From Azolla caroliniana (taxonomy: Eukaryota > Plantae > Polypodiophyta), in the NCBI GenBank assembly GCA_043228905.1, contig JBHGNT010000010.1, positions 20,088,001-20,152,000 of the forward strand: 64,000 bases of DNA, written 5' to 3'. Below are positions 1 through 10,988 of the stretch, piece by piece (within the stretch, counting starts at the first letter, position 1; each line of letters begins with the position of its first letter). The notes under the pieces were generated by a model. The model ran no database searches. It saw only the letters and a program-made list of their open reading frames with translations, and had not been told where the DNA came from. Made by a program: the position numbers and the translations under genes.

Positions 1-30
1 TCTCTGGCAAAGGTAGAGGCCATCTCCACG

Positions 31-1403
31 ATGAGGAACGTTTGCGGGTCGGTCACGGAGGTCTGCAGATTCTTGGGGGCATGCACGTTCTACCACATCT
101 GGATCCCGCACTACGCACATGTCACGGAACCCCTCTACGGACTATTAAAAAAAGGGTGTAGCTTTGAGTGGAGGACGGAGCACACGGAGTCGGTTCGGAG
201 ACTAAAGGAGGCGCTTACAGTAGCGCCGGCTCTCCGTAAAGCGGTTTACGGCAAGGATGTTCCCATCTGCGTAACGGTGGACACCAGCCCGACCAGGATC
301 GGGTGGGTAATTAGTCAGGAGGACAAGGGAGGCGCACGATTCCCGATCCGGTTCGGGGCGAAGGTGTTGAGCGAGCGGCAGCGAGGGTACGCCCAAGTTA
401 AGCGCAAACTTTGGGGTGTCGTTTCGGCAGTCAAGGCCGACAAGGATTATCTGATCGGGACGGAGGTGATTATCGAGACGAACTGCCTGCCGATACTCGG
501 CATGGTTTCCGGATGCGCGACGCCGGACCTAGCAATGCTCCGGTGGATAGCGTACATTAAGTCCCTGAACCCGGAGATACGGCACATCTCCGGAAAGGAC
601 AACGCCATGGCCAACATGCTTTCGAGGGCAAGGTTCAACGACGAAGACGGCATGGTTTCGGAACACGAAGAAGTCGGCGAGGACTTCTTCGGGTTGGCTA
701 ACGTAACGACGAGGAAAGGGAACACTCCGGCGCTTAACAAATTTGACGAAAGCAGGTACTATGGGGAGTGGCTCCAAATCGGGAGGTTCCTACGGACGAT
801 GACGCCGGACACAGCATGGGCGAGAGAGGAGGCGAGCCGGATACGGAGGAAGGCGTACCGATTCTTCCTGCGAGACGGGTGCATATGGAGGTACCCAAAG
901 AAGAGAAGCGGCATTCCACTCCGAGTAGTGGCAAAGAAAGAAGAATAGGGGAAACTACTGACGGCATTTCACAAGAGCCCCTAGGCCGGACACCACGGAA
1001 CGTGGGCCACTTTCGAGAAGATGAAGGAGAAGTACTGGTGGCCGGGGCTGTACCAGGCCGTGCATCAGTTCGTAACGACTTGCAAGAGCTATCAGATGCA
1101 CTCCGTAGTCCGACACCGGGACGAGCTACACCCGACCTACCCGCCTACGGTCCATTTCCAGTGGATGGTGGACTTGGTGACGATGCCGATGGGGGTAGGA
1201 CAGATGCGATACCTGGTGCTTGCACGGGAAGACTTAACGAACCAGGTGGAAGGCCGTGCACTGCAAAGCAAGACAACCGCGGCGGTATGCCGGTTCTTGA
1301 TCGAAGAAGTAGTGTGTCAGTACGGGTGCGTCGGGAGGATCGTGGCAGACCGGGGAGAGCTGGATGCGTGGGAGGCCGAGGAGCTGTTTGATCGGCTGGG
1401 CGT
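31..1403 (+). pseudogene. Gypsy pol fragment (RT thumb/connection, RNase H, integrase N-half) with in-frame stops
   Basis: RNase H-like TVDTS...RFGAKVLSERQRGYAQVK; H..H...YWWP...CKSYQ zinc finger; WMVDLV core. ORFs 31-948 and 1021- share a frame, separated by TAG stops. Confidence 0.88.
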
Positions 1404-1859
1404 TGTTACCCGTTCCTTTGGGTGAACACCTTCGATAGATCTGCGGCTATCGGTATTCAAGGGCGTGGTACGTGAAGGCTCGTAACAGAGGCGTCGAGAC
1501 AGAGATAGGGCTCAGAGAGAAAACACTAGCGAGGTCTTGATAGGCGTGGGCGGCGTTGAACTCATAGGTATGGATCAAAGCACAGACTCATGGAGCAAAT
1601 TGGGCACACATCAGATATATTACTATGACAGAAAAGATTACAGAACACGGCCTATGGCCGGTGACCTTACAAGTTTATCTAGTTACGAGGGACTAAGCTA
1701 GTGCTTCCGCCTATATTTTTCTTCTCCCTCTCTCTGAGGTAGTGGTCCTCGTTTAAAAAACTTTTCCCCTAATACATAACCGAGCCGTCGGTTGCCCGTG
1801 ATACTCGGACTCGGCGTTTGCTAATTCCCTCATTTTACATTTCTGTCCTCTAGACAACA
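1404..1859 (-). repeat. 3' LTR of inner gypsy element
   Basis: Direct repeat of 9762-10217; TGTTACCC...GACAACA. Confidence 0.96.
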
Positions 1860-1861
1860 CC

Positions 1862-1878
1862 TGGCACGCCCGTGGGAC
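1862..1878 (+). other. Second, inverted tRNA-Arg PBS-like site occupying the PPT position
   Basis: Plus strand TGGCACGCCCGTGGGAC, 2 nt from the LTR. On the coding strand this reads GTCCCACGGGCGTGCCA-GG-TG(LTR). Confidence 0.75.
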
Positions 1879-1956
1879 AGGACCTTGTCCGTCGGACCCA
1901 CGACTTACAAAATAGTAACAATATTACAAAAATTGCCTTTTAGGCTGATCCTCGTT

Positions 1957-4900
1957 TCATTCCTCTTTTAAGATGTCAAGGATGTTTTCGGGGTCCGGGG
2001 TGGTGGCAGGGTGGTCTGGTTGGACTGTCGGTGCGGGGGGTTGAGTTTGGTCCGGGGGTGTCATATCTTCTTGGACGTTCGCCTGAGGTGCGGCCGATTC
2101 TTCTGGTGGGGGTGTGGGTTCGTGGGCGTTGACCTCTACTTCGACAGGATCTAGTACCGTGTGGGCGTCCATGGGATGTCTGTTGGCCGGGGCAAGTTCC
2201 TCCTATGTCGTGTCCGTGATCTCCTTGCTGGAAGATTCTTCCTTCTGCTCTGTGGCCGTTGGAGGGCTGGTTGGGATGGCTGCGAGTCGTTCTCGTTCGA
2301 AGGCTTCTGCTTCCAGGCGAAACAGCATCTGACCGTCATTGAAGTCCTCCATTATTTGCTCGATTGCCGCAGTGTGAGATTTTGCCAAGGACTGGTAATC
2401 CTCGGTTAAAACTGCACGCAGGTTTTGTATGCTGGCTTCGTCCATTTTGTAGAAGCCGCGGCCCTCCTTCCGTCGGTTCTCGGCGTCGGTGCGTAAAATA
2501 TGCAATTCGGCAGCTTGGGCTGCCCATTCGTCTCCTGCGCGACTTAATGTTTCCTCGACCTTTTTGGTAAGGTGTTGGCGTTGTTTCTCGATAAGTATTC
2601 TGATGCGTGTCTCATCCATGCCGAGCTGTGCTCGGATGGCTGCTAATTCCTGTTTTAAGCCGTCGACCTCGGCCTGAATCTTCTGTGCTCTTAGCTCATA
2701 GATGGCTTGAGTGTTCTTTGCATCCGCGGTTACGAGCTAGAGAGCCTGCTCGTAACGCTTGGTGAGTTCTTCGGTGGCTTGCTCCCGTACTTTTTGACAC
2801 GTGGCCCGGATTTGTTCTCGTTCGACGATTCTCTCTTCTTGTAGGGCGAAGTAGGAACCCGATAATTCGTCTTTTGGCTCCGAAAGTAGCTTGCATTTGA
2901 TAAAAAACTCGTCAGCCATTTCTTTAAGGGTCGTACGCTGACTCTGCAGCTCAGCATTCTCCGCGATCATTCTCTCCTCCCATTGGCGATGTCTTTCCTC
3001 ATGTCGATGGTTCCAGTCTTTCGCATTGTTGAGCGCGGCCTGTAGGTCTAGGACCTCCTTCTCTTTCTTTGCCACTGTGGTTGCGTATTCCTCCAGCTTG
3101 CTGTTGAGTTCGGCTTCTTTGCCCGCGGCTTGCGCTTGTACCCGGCCCAGTGTTTCGTTCTGCTCGTGTATCCTTTGGTCGGCTTGGGCTCTCATCTCGG
3201 CCATCTGCTTGGAAGCTTCTTCTTTTAGGCGAGCCATTGCCTCTTGATGTCGTTGTTCGTGTCTCTCGGTTCGTCGTTGTTCTTCTTTAAGCTCCGCACG
3301 GTAATCCCGGAGCGGGGGTTCTGTCTGGGTTGCCACCTCCTTGGGTGCACGAGATGGTGATATCTCGATCTTCTCCATGGGCGTGGGCGCCTCGGTTGTT
3401 GTGCAAGCATCGACCATTTGTAACGAGTCTGTTTGTGTACTAGCCTGCATCGTTAGGATTGAGTCGGTGATGGTGCTTTCATCCATCATTGTTATACGTG
3501 GAGGCGATGTGAGGGCCTCGGTGGTCGTGACCGGAAGGCTCAAGAGTTGTCGTTCCGGCCGGTTTTGCTCCCAGGCTGCCAGCTTCTGGTTCGCGGCGTG
3601 CCATAATTCTATAGCCATCTTAGCCTGTTTTTGGGCTATTTTTATCTTTCGGGCCATATCTTTGGCTGCCCGCGTAGTGCGATCCAGGTCCCGATATGCC
3701 TCGATAAGGGCCGTGTTCAACTCGGGGACCTCCATGAGGAGAGCGGCCTGTTTTGCCTGCTTCTTTCTCCCGATTTTTTGTAAAGCCCTGTCCTCCTGGG
3801 GCTCAATTTCACCTATTAGCGCGCGTTGAATCATTGTTGTTTCGGCATGCTCCTCCGCCATTCGAGCGGCTGCCGCGACTTGGGCTCTGGCGAGGAAGTC
3901 GACCAGCTCGAATGTCGTACCGAGGCGTAGGAACACACTAAATTCGTAAGCCTCCACGGGGAGGTCCTTATACCCGAGGACTTCATCCTCCGAGATCTGC
4001 GTTGTCTGCCCATGCTCGATCTTTCCCTGGTTCAGCGATGCCTCCTCAGGGATGATGGTCAGGTTGCTCTGTCTAACAACTAAGGCTTGTTCCTGTTGTG
4101 GCTCTTTCTGTTCTTCCGAGGACTCACGGTTAAGCCGTATTCTCTTGCTCGGTTGTGTTTGGGGTTCCGGGGCCGGTAGTGTCGTTTCCTCCGCCTGCTT
4201 CCTTTTCTGGGGTCGTGGTGGTGCAGCCTGCTGTGTGTTGGGGCGTGGGCTAGGCCCTGGGGAAGTTACCGAGGGGCGCGACGTTGGTTGTCGAATGGTG
4301 ACATCATCGGCCGTGTTATCTTCCGCGGCTACCTCCTCCTCCCATTCTTGGCAGGTCTCGGAAACTGCCCTTTTTTGTTGGGGTTGAGTGGGTGGTGGTG
4401 CAGATGCGGGGTTTTGGTCAACAGCAGGAGGTGGAGGCGATGTGGGCTCCTCCCATGCTTCGTGGCTGATGGCAACGAATTTCTCTTTCTGCCTTCGTGG
4501 TGGTGGTGGGGACGTGAGTGTGCGAGGGGAAGGAAGAGAAGAGGGTGGGTACAAAACCATCAAAAAGTGGGTAAGAACAGACAACATCTTCTTACCGGAC
4601 TGAAATGAAGCTAAGGCGGCGCGGAGTCCCTCGCCTGTGATGATTCCCCAATTGATTCTGTTTCCTTCATACGCGTTGATGATGATGGCTGCCTTGTTCT
4701 ACGGCATGCTCGTTGGGTTCGTATGCACGAACGCATACTCCATTAATATACGAGCAATCTCCCCGAAAGCTCTGTTGGGACCGCCATACGTGCGATATGC
4801 CTTCCCTGAGGCTGAGTACTCACCGAAGTACGCTTTCATCTTTGATGTCGGGGGTATGTTGACCTCATGGTCCCCTCCCCGTTGCAGGTCCAAAACAGCC

Positions 4901-5361
4901 CAAAGCACGTTGTTGGTGATGGCTTCGGAACTTATACGTTTAGCCACAGTTTGGGCATCTGGGTGCGCGGGGGCATCGATGATCTTCAGGTAACCGCCCA
5001 TTCCTTGTTCCTGAAGCCAGGCGCGGGTTTCTGTTGAAGCGGTAAGAGGCATGGTGGAGATGGAGACGGGGTTCGACTGTGTGGAGGCGTGAAGAAGAGT
5101 GATGAGGCGAGGGCGAGTCATAGGAGGAACAACAGGAAGGGGAAGTCCAGCAGAGGGGTTATGAGAGCAAAAGAGGGCTTGAGAGCCAGAGCGTTTAGCG
5201 CGATGAGAGCGAGACGGGGTTTCTGAGCTTGAGAGCGATGGAGATGGGGAGTGATAATGAACTTCTGTGTCTGTGCTGCGTTTTGGAAACGGTTTTAGTA
5301 ACTTACTCCTAGGGTTTTGTGCCTGAAGCAAATCCTGAAGATTCTGAGTCATGGGTGCCAT
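1957..5361 (-). pseudogene. Extra 3' ORF of inner gypsy (about 1134 aa; N-terminal globular region, Pro/Gln-rich linker, long coiled coil)
   Basis: ORFs 4699-5361, 2737-4587, 2203-2619 and 1957-2172 are all in one frame, separated only by single TAG codons at 4699, 2737 and 2203. Confidence 0.8.
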
Positions 5362-5575
5362 AATAAGTGACTAGCACCACGTGTCCTGAAGGTGAGTGGG
5401 GTGCTTCTAGTGCTTTGCATGTGCTTTAAATAGGTACTAAATGAGTGGTGGCGAGGGGTGCTCCTAAAATTGTGGGTGCCTAGGTGGGTGGTGTAGGTGT
5501 AGCTAATCGGTGGCTAAACTATGGTTAATCCTACCTACTACTACTTTTATTAATTTCAAGGGGGTGGGTGAGTCC

Positions 5576-7174
5576 TTATTCAGGGGGATACGTGGCCTCC
5601 TCTGTGGTGGTCTCCCGAAACTCGTTTGTGCCGTGTGGCTCGGTAAACGGGTTGGGTGGTGTAGTCCCTCGATATGGTCGAAGTCGGAAACCATTGGCCC
5701 AGCTTTTGACAGTGTCGCCGGCGAGTGTGCCGAGCTGGAACGTCCCGTTGAACTCGTCGATAATCCAAAATGGACCGTTCCACCGAAATCTTAATTTTCC
5801 CGGCATAGACCCGAGTCGTGTTTGAAAAAGAAGAACCGGTTTGCCGATGGTGAGCTCCTTTTCCAGCCCGTGTCGATGTCGATCCACGAAAGCCTTGCGT
5901 TGTCGTTGGCGTTGTTCGAGCTGGGCCATACTCTCTATCCTATCTTCGCCGAGTTCGAGGAGTTGTTCCAGCCGGTATTGCTCGGATTGGGCCTCGGGGA
6001 GCCATGCTTTGACTTGAACTCGGAGGCTCGGGACTTGGAACTCGACGGGCATTACGGCTTCTAACCCGAACGCCATTCGAAAGGGGGTTGATTGGATGCT
6101 TGTTTTGAAAGTCGTACGATACGCCCACAGCGCGCTCTGGAGTTTGTCATCCCAATCGGTCCTGTTTTCATTGACGATCTTCTTCAGTATGGTTTGGAGG
6201 ATTTTATTGGTCGATTCCGCCAAGTCGTTCGCCTGCGGGTAGTATGGTGTGCTTTTCTTGTGCACCACCGCGTAGTGGTGTGTAAGCTCACGTATTATGT
6301 GATTGATGAAGTGCCCACCTTGATCACTAACGAGCTCGATTGGGCATCCGTAACGGCACTAGAGGTGCTCATGCACGAATTTAGCCGTGGATGCCGCCGT
6401 GTTATCTCGGAGTGCCTTAGCCTCGACCCATTTGGTGCAGTAATCCGTGGCAACAATAATATACCTATTCCCTGTTCAGGCCGCGGGTGGTTTGAAAGGG
6501 CCTACAAAATCCAAACCCCATTTTTGAAATGGGTCCAACGGAAGAATCGGCTGGTGTGGTATCTGTGACTATTCCATTGGTTGCCCCAGTCGTTGGCACA
6601 AATCGCACTGCCGGCAAAACTCGTGAGCGTCTTTCTTCGTTGTCGGCCACCACAATCCACTTTGCCAAACTTTCCTTGCCGTGGAATCCCCGGCGTAGTG
6701 CCCCCCAGCTACTCCCTGGTGGGATTCCTGAAGAACGGCGTTCTTCTCGAATTGCTGAATCGCTCGGCGCCATATGCCGTCCGAGCCTTTGTGGTAGAGA
6801 ATGTCCGAGACGAGGCAAAAATTCCGGCTACGCACTGCTAGGCGCCGGCTACGTTCGGTGACGAAAGAGGTTTTCTCCTGATCCTCCGGGTGCATTCTTA
6901 TCTGGTTATAGCCGCTGAACCCGTCGAGGAAACTGTAGCATTCGTGGCCGGCTACCGTGTCGAGGACGCTATCTGTGAATGGGAGAGGGAAACCGTCGGT
7001 GACTGTTGCCACATTAAGCTTCCGATAGTCGACGCAGACTCGGATTTTTCCGTTCTTCTTTGGGACCACTACGATCGGGCTCAACCACGTGGCCCGTTTA
7101 ACAGGGCGAATGAAGCCCACTCGGAGTAGTTTGTCGATTTCCTCTTTGATTTTAGCGGCATAGTTGGGGTTCAT
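5576..7174 (-). pseudogene. Truncated RT fused to integrase (most of RT and RNase H deleted)
   Basis: WLSPIVVVPKKNGKIRVCVDYRKLN...FLDGFSGYNQI...KTSFVTE jumps directly to the integrase zinc finger (H..GGH..CRQCDLCQ), then STPYYPQAN and WNGPF. In-frame stops at about 6359 and 6569. Confidence 0.9.
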
Positions 7175-9585
7175 CCTGTAGCGCCTCTGTTGAACCGGCC
7201 GAGTGTCGGGTAAGATATGAATTTGATGTTGGTAGTATTGAGTAGCTCGGCAACTGTGGTTGGATCTGGTTCATCTTGGGGTGGTGACTCCTCCGTGACT
7301 TCCTCGTCTTTAGATGGCTCGATGGTTGGTAAGGCATCTATTTCGAAGAGAGGGATGATTGTGGGATGATCATCTAGGAAGTCATCGACCTCCTCATCGG
7401 CCAAACCGTCAAGCATATGGACCCCTTCCGCGTATAACGGCGAAGTGTTGAGGGCGACGGGGACTCGTTCTTCAGTGATGATGCAGACTTTTGTCTTGCC
7501 TCTTCGGAACGAGATCATGTTGCGTTTCCAATGTTGCTTGATATTCGTTGTACGCAACCATGGTCGACCTAGTAACAGTGGGTAGGCGCCTTGTGTCTCC
7601 AGTCTCAGCACGACGGCCGAGATCGTGAACATGTGGCCTCCGAGTGTGAAGTCGAGATGGCAGATTAAACCAATGGGGCGAACGGAGCGTGTGTCGGCCA
7701 TCCGAAGCCAAAATGGGCATGGTTCCCATTGATTCAGGCCGAGGTTGAGACACGTTAACTCGCTAATAACGTTTACGCCGGATCCGTCGTCGATGATGCA
7801 TCCGTGCAGGTCTTGTCCCTTAATGATGATTCGCACGGCTGGGTTCTGAGAATCCATGAGTGGTGGACCGGTTCCTGCTTCGGTGAGGTGTATCGGTGGC
7901 GTCACAGGCTTAGTATTGGCCTGGAGTGCCGCCAGGGTGTCCCGAAATCTCGGCATGAGTGGTAGCAGTTTATGTAGGGGCAGCGAGATGCGGGAGTTGG
8001 TAAGAACATCCCATAGTTAGTCGTCCTCCGACGACGTGGATGGTGCCGAGGTTTGTGGTACTTCACTGGGCCCGTCTCTCATGTCAATTTGCATGCGTAC
8101 GGCATTATTTTTATTGGCCGTGTCGATCCATTCTTTTGCTGCCTGACGTACTTCATCCTGGACTTGCCACTGAGTAGTCTGCGCTTTACTCCGGGTAGTG
8201 ACCGTTTGAACATCGGCCATGATATTGTTCACCGTGGGTGCCTTGCCACGGTTGGTTGTCGGACATTGCATGGCGTAGTGGCCTGGTTGATTACATTTAA
8301 AACATGTCACGTTGGCCGAGCTGCTGGTGTCCGCTCGGTCTGTGTGTGGAAGTTGTTGTTGTTGATTCTCGGTCTCGTTTGGTGGTGGGTTGTTTCGAGG
8401 TGCGTTGGAGTTGCGCTGGTCATTTTGAGGAGCATCCCGTCAGCGGTTGTCATTAGGTCTTCTATTGTTGTGTGTGTTGTGGTTGCCGTTTCGCCGATCG
8501 ATGCGTGAGTTCCGTCGGTCATACCGGTCATCGCGATCATCATCATATCGGGCATAATCGTCGTGCCGGTCATCACAATAATGATCACGACGGTCATCAC
8601 GTCGGTAGTTGTCGTCTCGGCGCCGCCGATCCAGGGATCGCGGTCGGTCGTTATCCTGGTCTCGGTAGATATATCGCTTGTCCTGCCGAGAGTATGTATT
8701 TCGTGGCTCGATCTGGCGGACCGGTGCCGCCGTTGTGCGGTTCAGCATATTATATCCGCACTGCTAGACCGTGTGAGCTCGAGACTGACAGATCGGACAT
8801 TGTGGTCGATGGGGACATTCGAGGGCCAGGTGCCCTGATCCTGAACACGTCGTGCATTGGAGGGCTTGGCGAAAGCGATTGTCCTCTTGGGGAAGAGCGT
8901 TTTGCAAGGATGTCATCGAGAAGGCCGCGTCGTGCTGGTTCCGATCGAGGGCGAGAACACGCGCTATGACTTGTTCGATAGTATGGTTGGCAAAATTTAT
9001 AAGTGCAAGAGTCGTTCGTAGAGGCTCTCGTAAACTGGATAGGAAAGTGTCTGGTATATGTTGTGCTGAGACATCATCGGCCACTTGTCTGTAGAGATCC
9101 TGGAACCGGATCGTGAACTGCGCGACCGTTTCATGCGGTTCCTGGCATATAGAGAAGAATTGCCGGAGTAGTTCCCGTTTAGGCACCTCGCGATGAAAAA
9201 AATCAAGGAACTTTGTGCGCACGATTTGGAAAGTGGTGGCCTCTCCTATTTCGAGGCGAGAGTACCATCGTGCGGCCGGTCCATCGAGGGAGAGTGTGAA
9301 CTCGGCAATCTTTGAGGCATCGATTTCGGCCGGCGTGAGGCGGTGCGTGGAGTGGTTAGCCTGCCACGTGGATATGAAGGCACGGATGTGTGACTCCGCG
9401 TCTGGTCCGTCGGTGTATCGTGGGTATGGGTACGGCATGATGTCGTACTCTGGGTCTTCTGGTAGCACTGGAAAAGGGTTTAGTTCTGGTTGATTGACCT
9501 CCAGAGGGCTCGACGGGGGTTTTGGTGGTGAATCAACTCGCAATCGAGTGTCCGGTGGCGAGGATTGCAGTAGGGAAGCCTCCAA
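7171..9585 (-). pseudogene. gag-protease of inner gypsy (retrotrans_gag domain, three CCHC-type knuckles, aspartic protease)
   Basis: ORFs 8764-9585, 8440-8748, 8017-8310 and 7171-7956 are one frame broken by TAG/TGA/TAA. Motifs CTTCSGSGHLALEC, CPICQSRAHTV*QC, CFKCNQPGHYAMQC, IIDDGSGVNVI and LLLGRPWL. Confidence 0.88.
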
Positions 9586-9743
9586 TTGCTCGGGAAAGGA
9601 TTGGTCAGTGACCGCCGAGTCGGAAGTTCCTTCGACTCGCTCAGGGCGTAGAGCGGGTGGCCGAGATCTCGTGGTGCGAGAGGGCGACGTAACGGCGGCT
9701 GGTGGTTACCTTCAACGAAGTTCGCTGTGCACTCACAACTGTA

Positions 9744-9756
9744 ACCAGGCGTGCCA
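9744..9756 (-). other. Primer binding site, tRNA-Arg(UCU)-like
   Basis: Minus strand reads LTR-CAATT-TGGCACGCCTGGT, 12/13 to the Tat/Ogre-type tRNA-Arg PBS TGGCACGCCCGGT (recalled, not searched). Confidence 0.7.
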
Positions 9757-9761
9757 AATTG

Positions 9762-10217
9762 TGTTACCCGTTCCTTTGGGTGAACACCTTCGATAGATCT
9801 GCGGTTATCGGTATTCAAGGGCGTGGTACGTGAAGGCTCGTAACAGAGGCGTCGAGACAGAGATAGGGCTCAGAGAGAAAACACTAGCGAGGTCTTGATA
9901 GGCGTGGGCGGCGTTGAACTCATAGGTATGGATCAAAGCACAAACTCATGGAGCAAATTGGGCACACATCAGATATATTACTATGACAGAAAAGATTATA
10001 GAACACGGCCTATGGCCGGTGACCTTACAAGTTTATCTAGTTACGAGGGACTAAGCTAGTGCTTCCGCCTATATTTTTCTTCTCCCTCTCTCTGAGGTAC
10101 TGGTCCTCATTTAAATAACTTTTCCCCTAATACACAGCCGAGCCGTCGGTGGCCCGTGATACTCGGACTCAGCGTTTGCTAATTCCCTCATTTTACATTT
10201 CTGTCCTCTGGACAACA
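9762..10217 (-). repeat. 5' LTR of inner gypsy element
   Basis: Direct repeat of 1404-1859; minus-strand TATA-like TATTTAAA about 100 bp from its 5' end. Confidence 0.96.
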
Positions 10218-10919
10218 GGCGTCAAACTCTCCCTCACAACGGCGTACAATCCGGAGGCGAACGGAAAGGTGGAACGTGGGCACGGACCAATTGTAAAGGC
10301 GTTGGTGCGTGCATGCGGTGGGCAGGTCGGGAATTGGCCGCGACTCCTTCCTTACGCGCTATGGGCGGACCGAACTACGCACAATTCGGTGACAGGGTTT
10401 ATGCCGGCGGAGCTAATGTACGGACAAAAGCCGATCATGCCGGTGGAACGGACGGTTTCTTCGTGGTCGGCGGTAGATTGGAAGGACGAAATGAGCCGGG
10501 AGGAGTTGCTGGCGGCGCAGATTCGGCAACTCGAGCGGAGGCCGGAGGACATGATACAGGCGAAGGAAAAGCTGCGAGCGGCGAGGGAGCGTAACAAGAC
10601 CCGGTTCAACCAGATGCACCGGTTGTGACCAAAGAAGATCGAGGAAGGCGACTGGGTCTTGGTATACGACAGCAGCCTCGACAATCAGCACAAGGCACTG
10701 CGAAAGTTTGCTAGGAGATGGTTCGGGCCCTACATGGTGACGAGCGCGAACGGCAACAGCACGTACCACCTCGCGGACGGGACACGGTTAGCAGTGCCGG
10801 TGGCCAGAAAGCAGATCAAAGCTTTCAAAAAGCGGTTCAAAGACGAGCCGGAGCCTGCGAGCGAGAGCGACAACGATGATCAGTTCGGGTCCGACGGAGA
10901 ACTGGAGAGCAACGAGTGA
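10218..10919 (+). pseudogene. Gypsy integrase C-half (continuation of 31-1403)
   Basis: AYNPEANGKVER, WPRLLPYALWADRTT, GPY-like WFGPY motif; one internal TGA at 10626-10628. Confidence 0.88.
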
Positions 10920-10988
10920 GGCTGGGTTTCTTCGATATCTACCCATGTCTGGCGCATACCGGTGGATGCGCGGTTTGGTGGGGGTGGA

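Larger units (their letters stand above)
1404..10217 (-). mobile_element. Ty3/gypsy (non-chromovirus, Athila/Tat-like RT) LTR retrotransposon, both LTRs present, non-autonomous
   Basis: LTRs 1404-1859 and 9762-10217 (456 bp each, TG..CA, 11 mismatches by eye). 5-bp TSD GGCGT at 1399-1403 and 10218-10222. gag-PR-RT-INT and an extra ORF all lie on the minus strand. Confidence 0.96.

Noticed and set aside
768-1391. 207-aa alternate-frame ORF and other overlapping ORFs in the GC-rich gypsy DNA
   Set aside because: Shadow ORFs expected from high GC content; no recognisable motifs.
2203-4701. Programmed TAG readthrough in the extra ORF
   Set aside because: Similar stops hit gag, RT and integrase, including TGA/TAA and a conserved Trp, so mutational decay explains them better.
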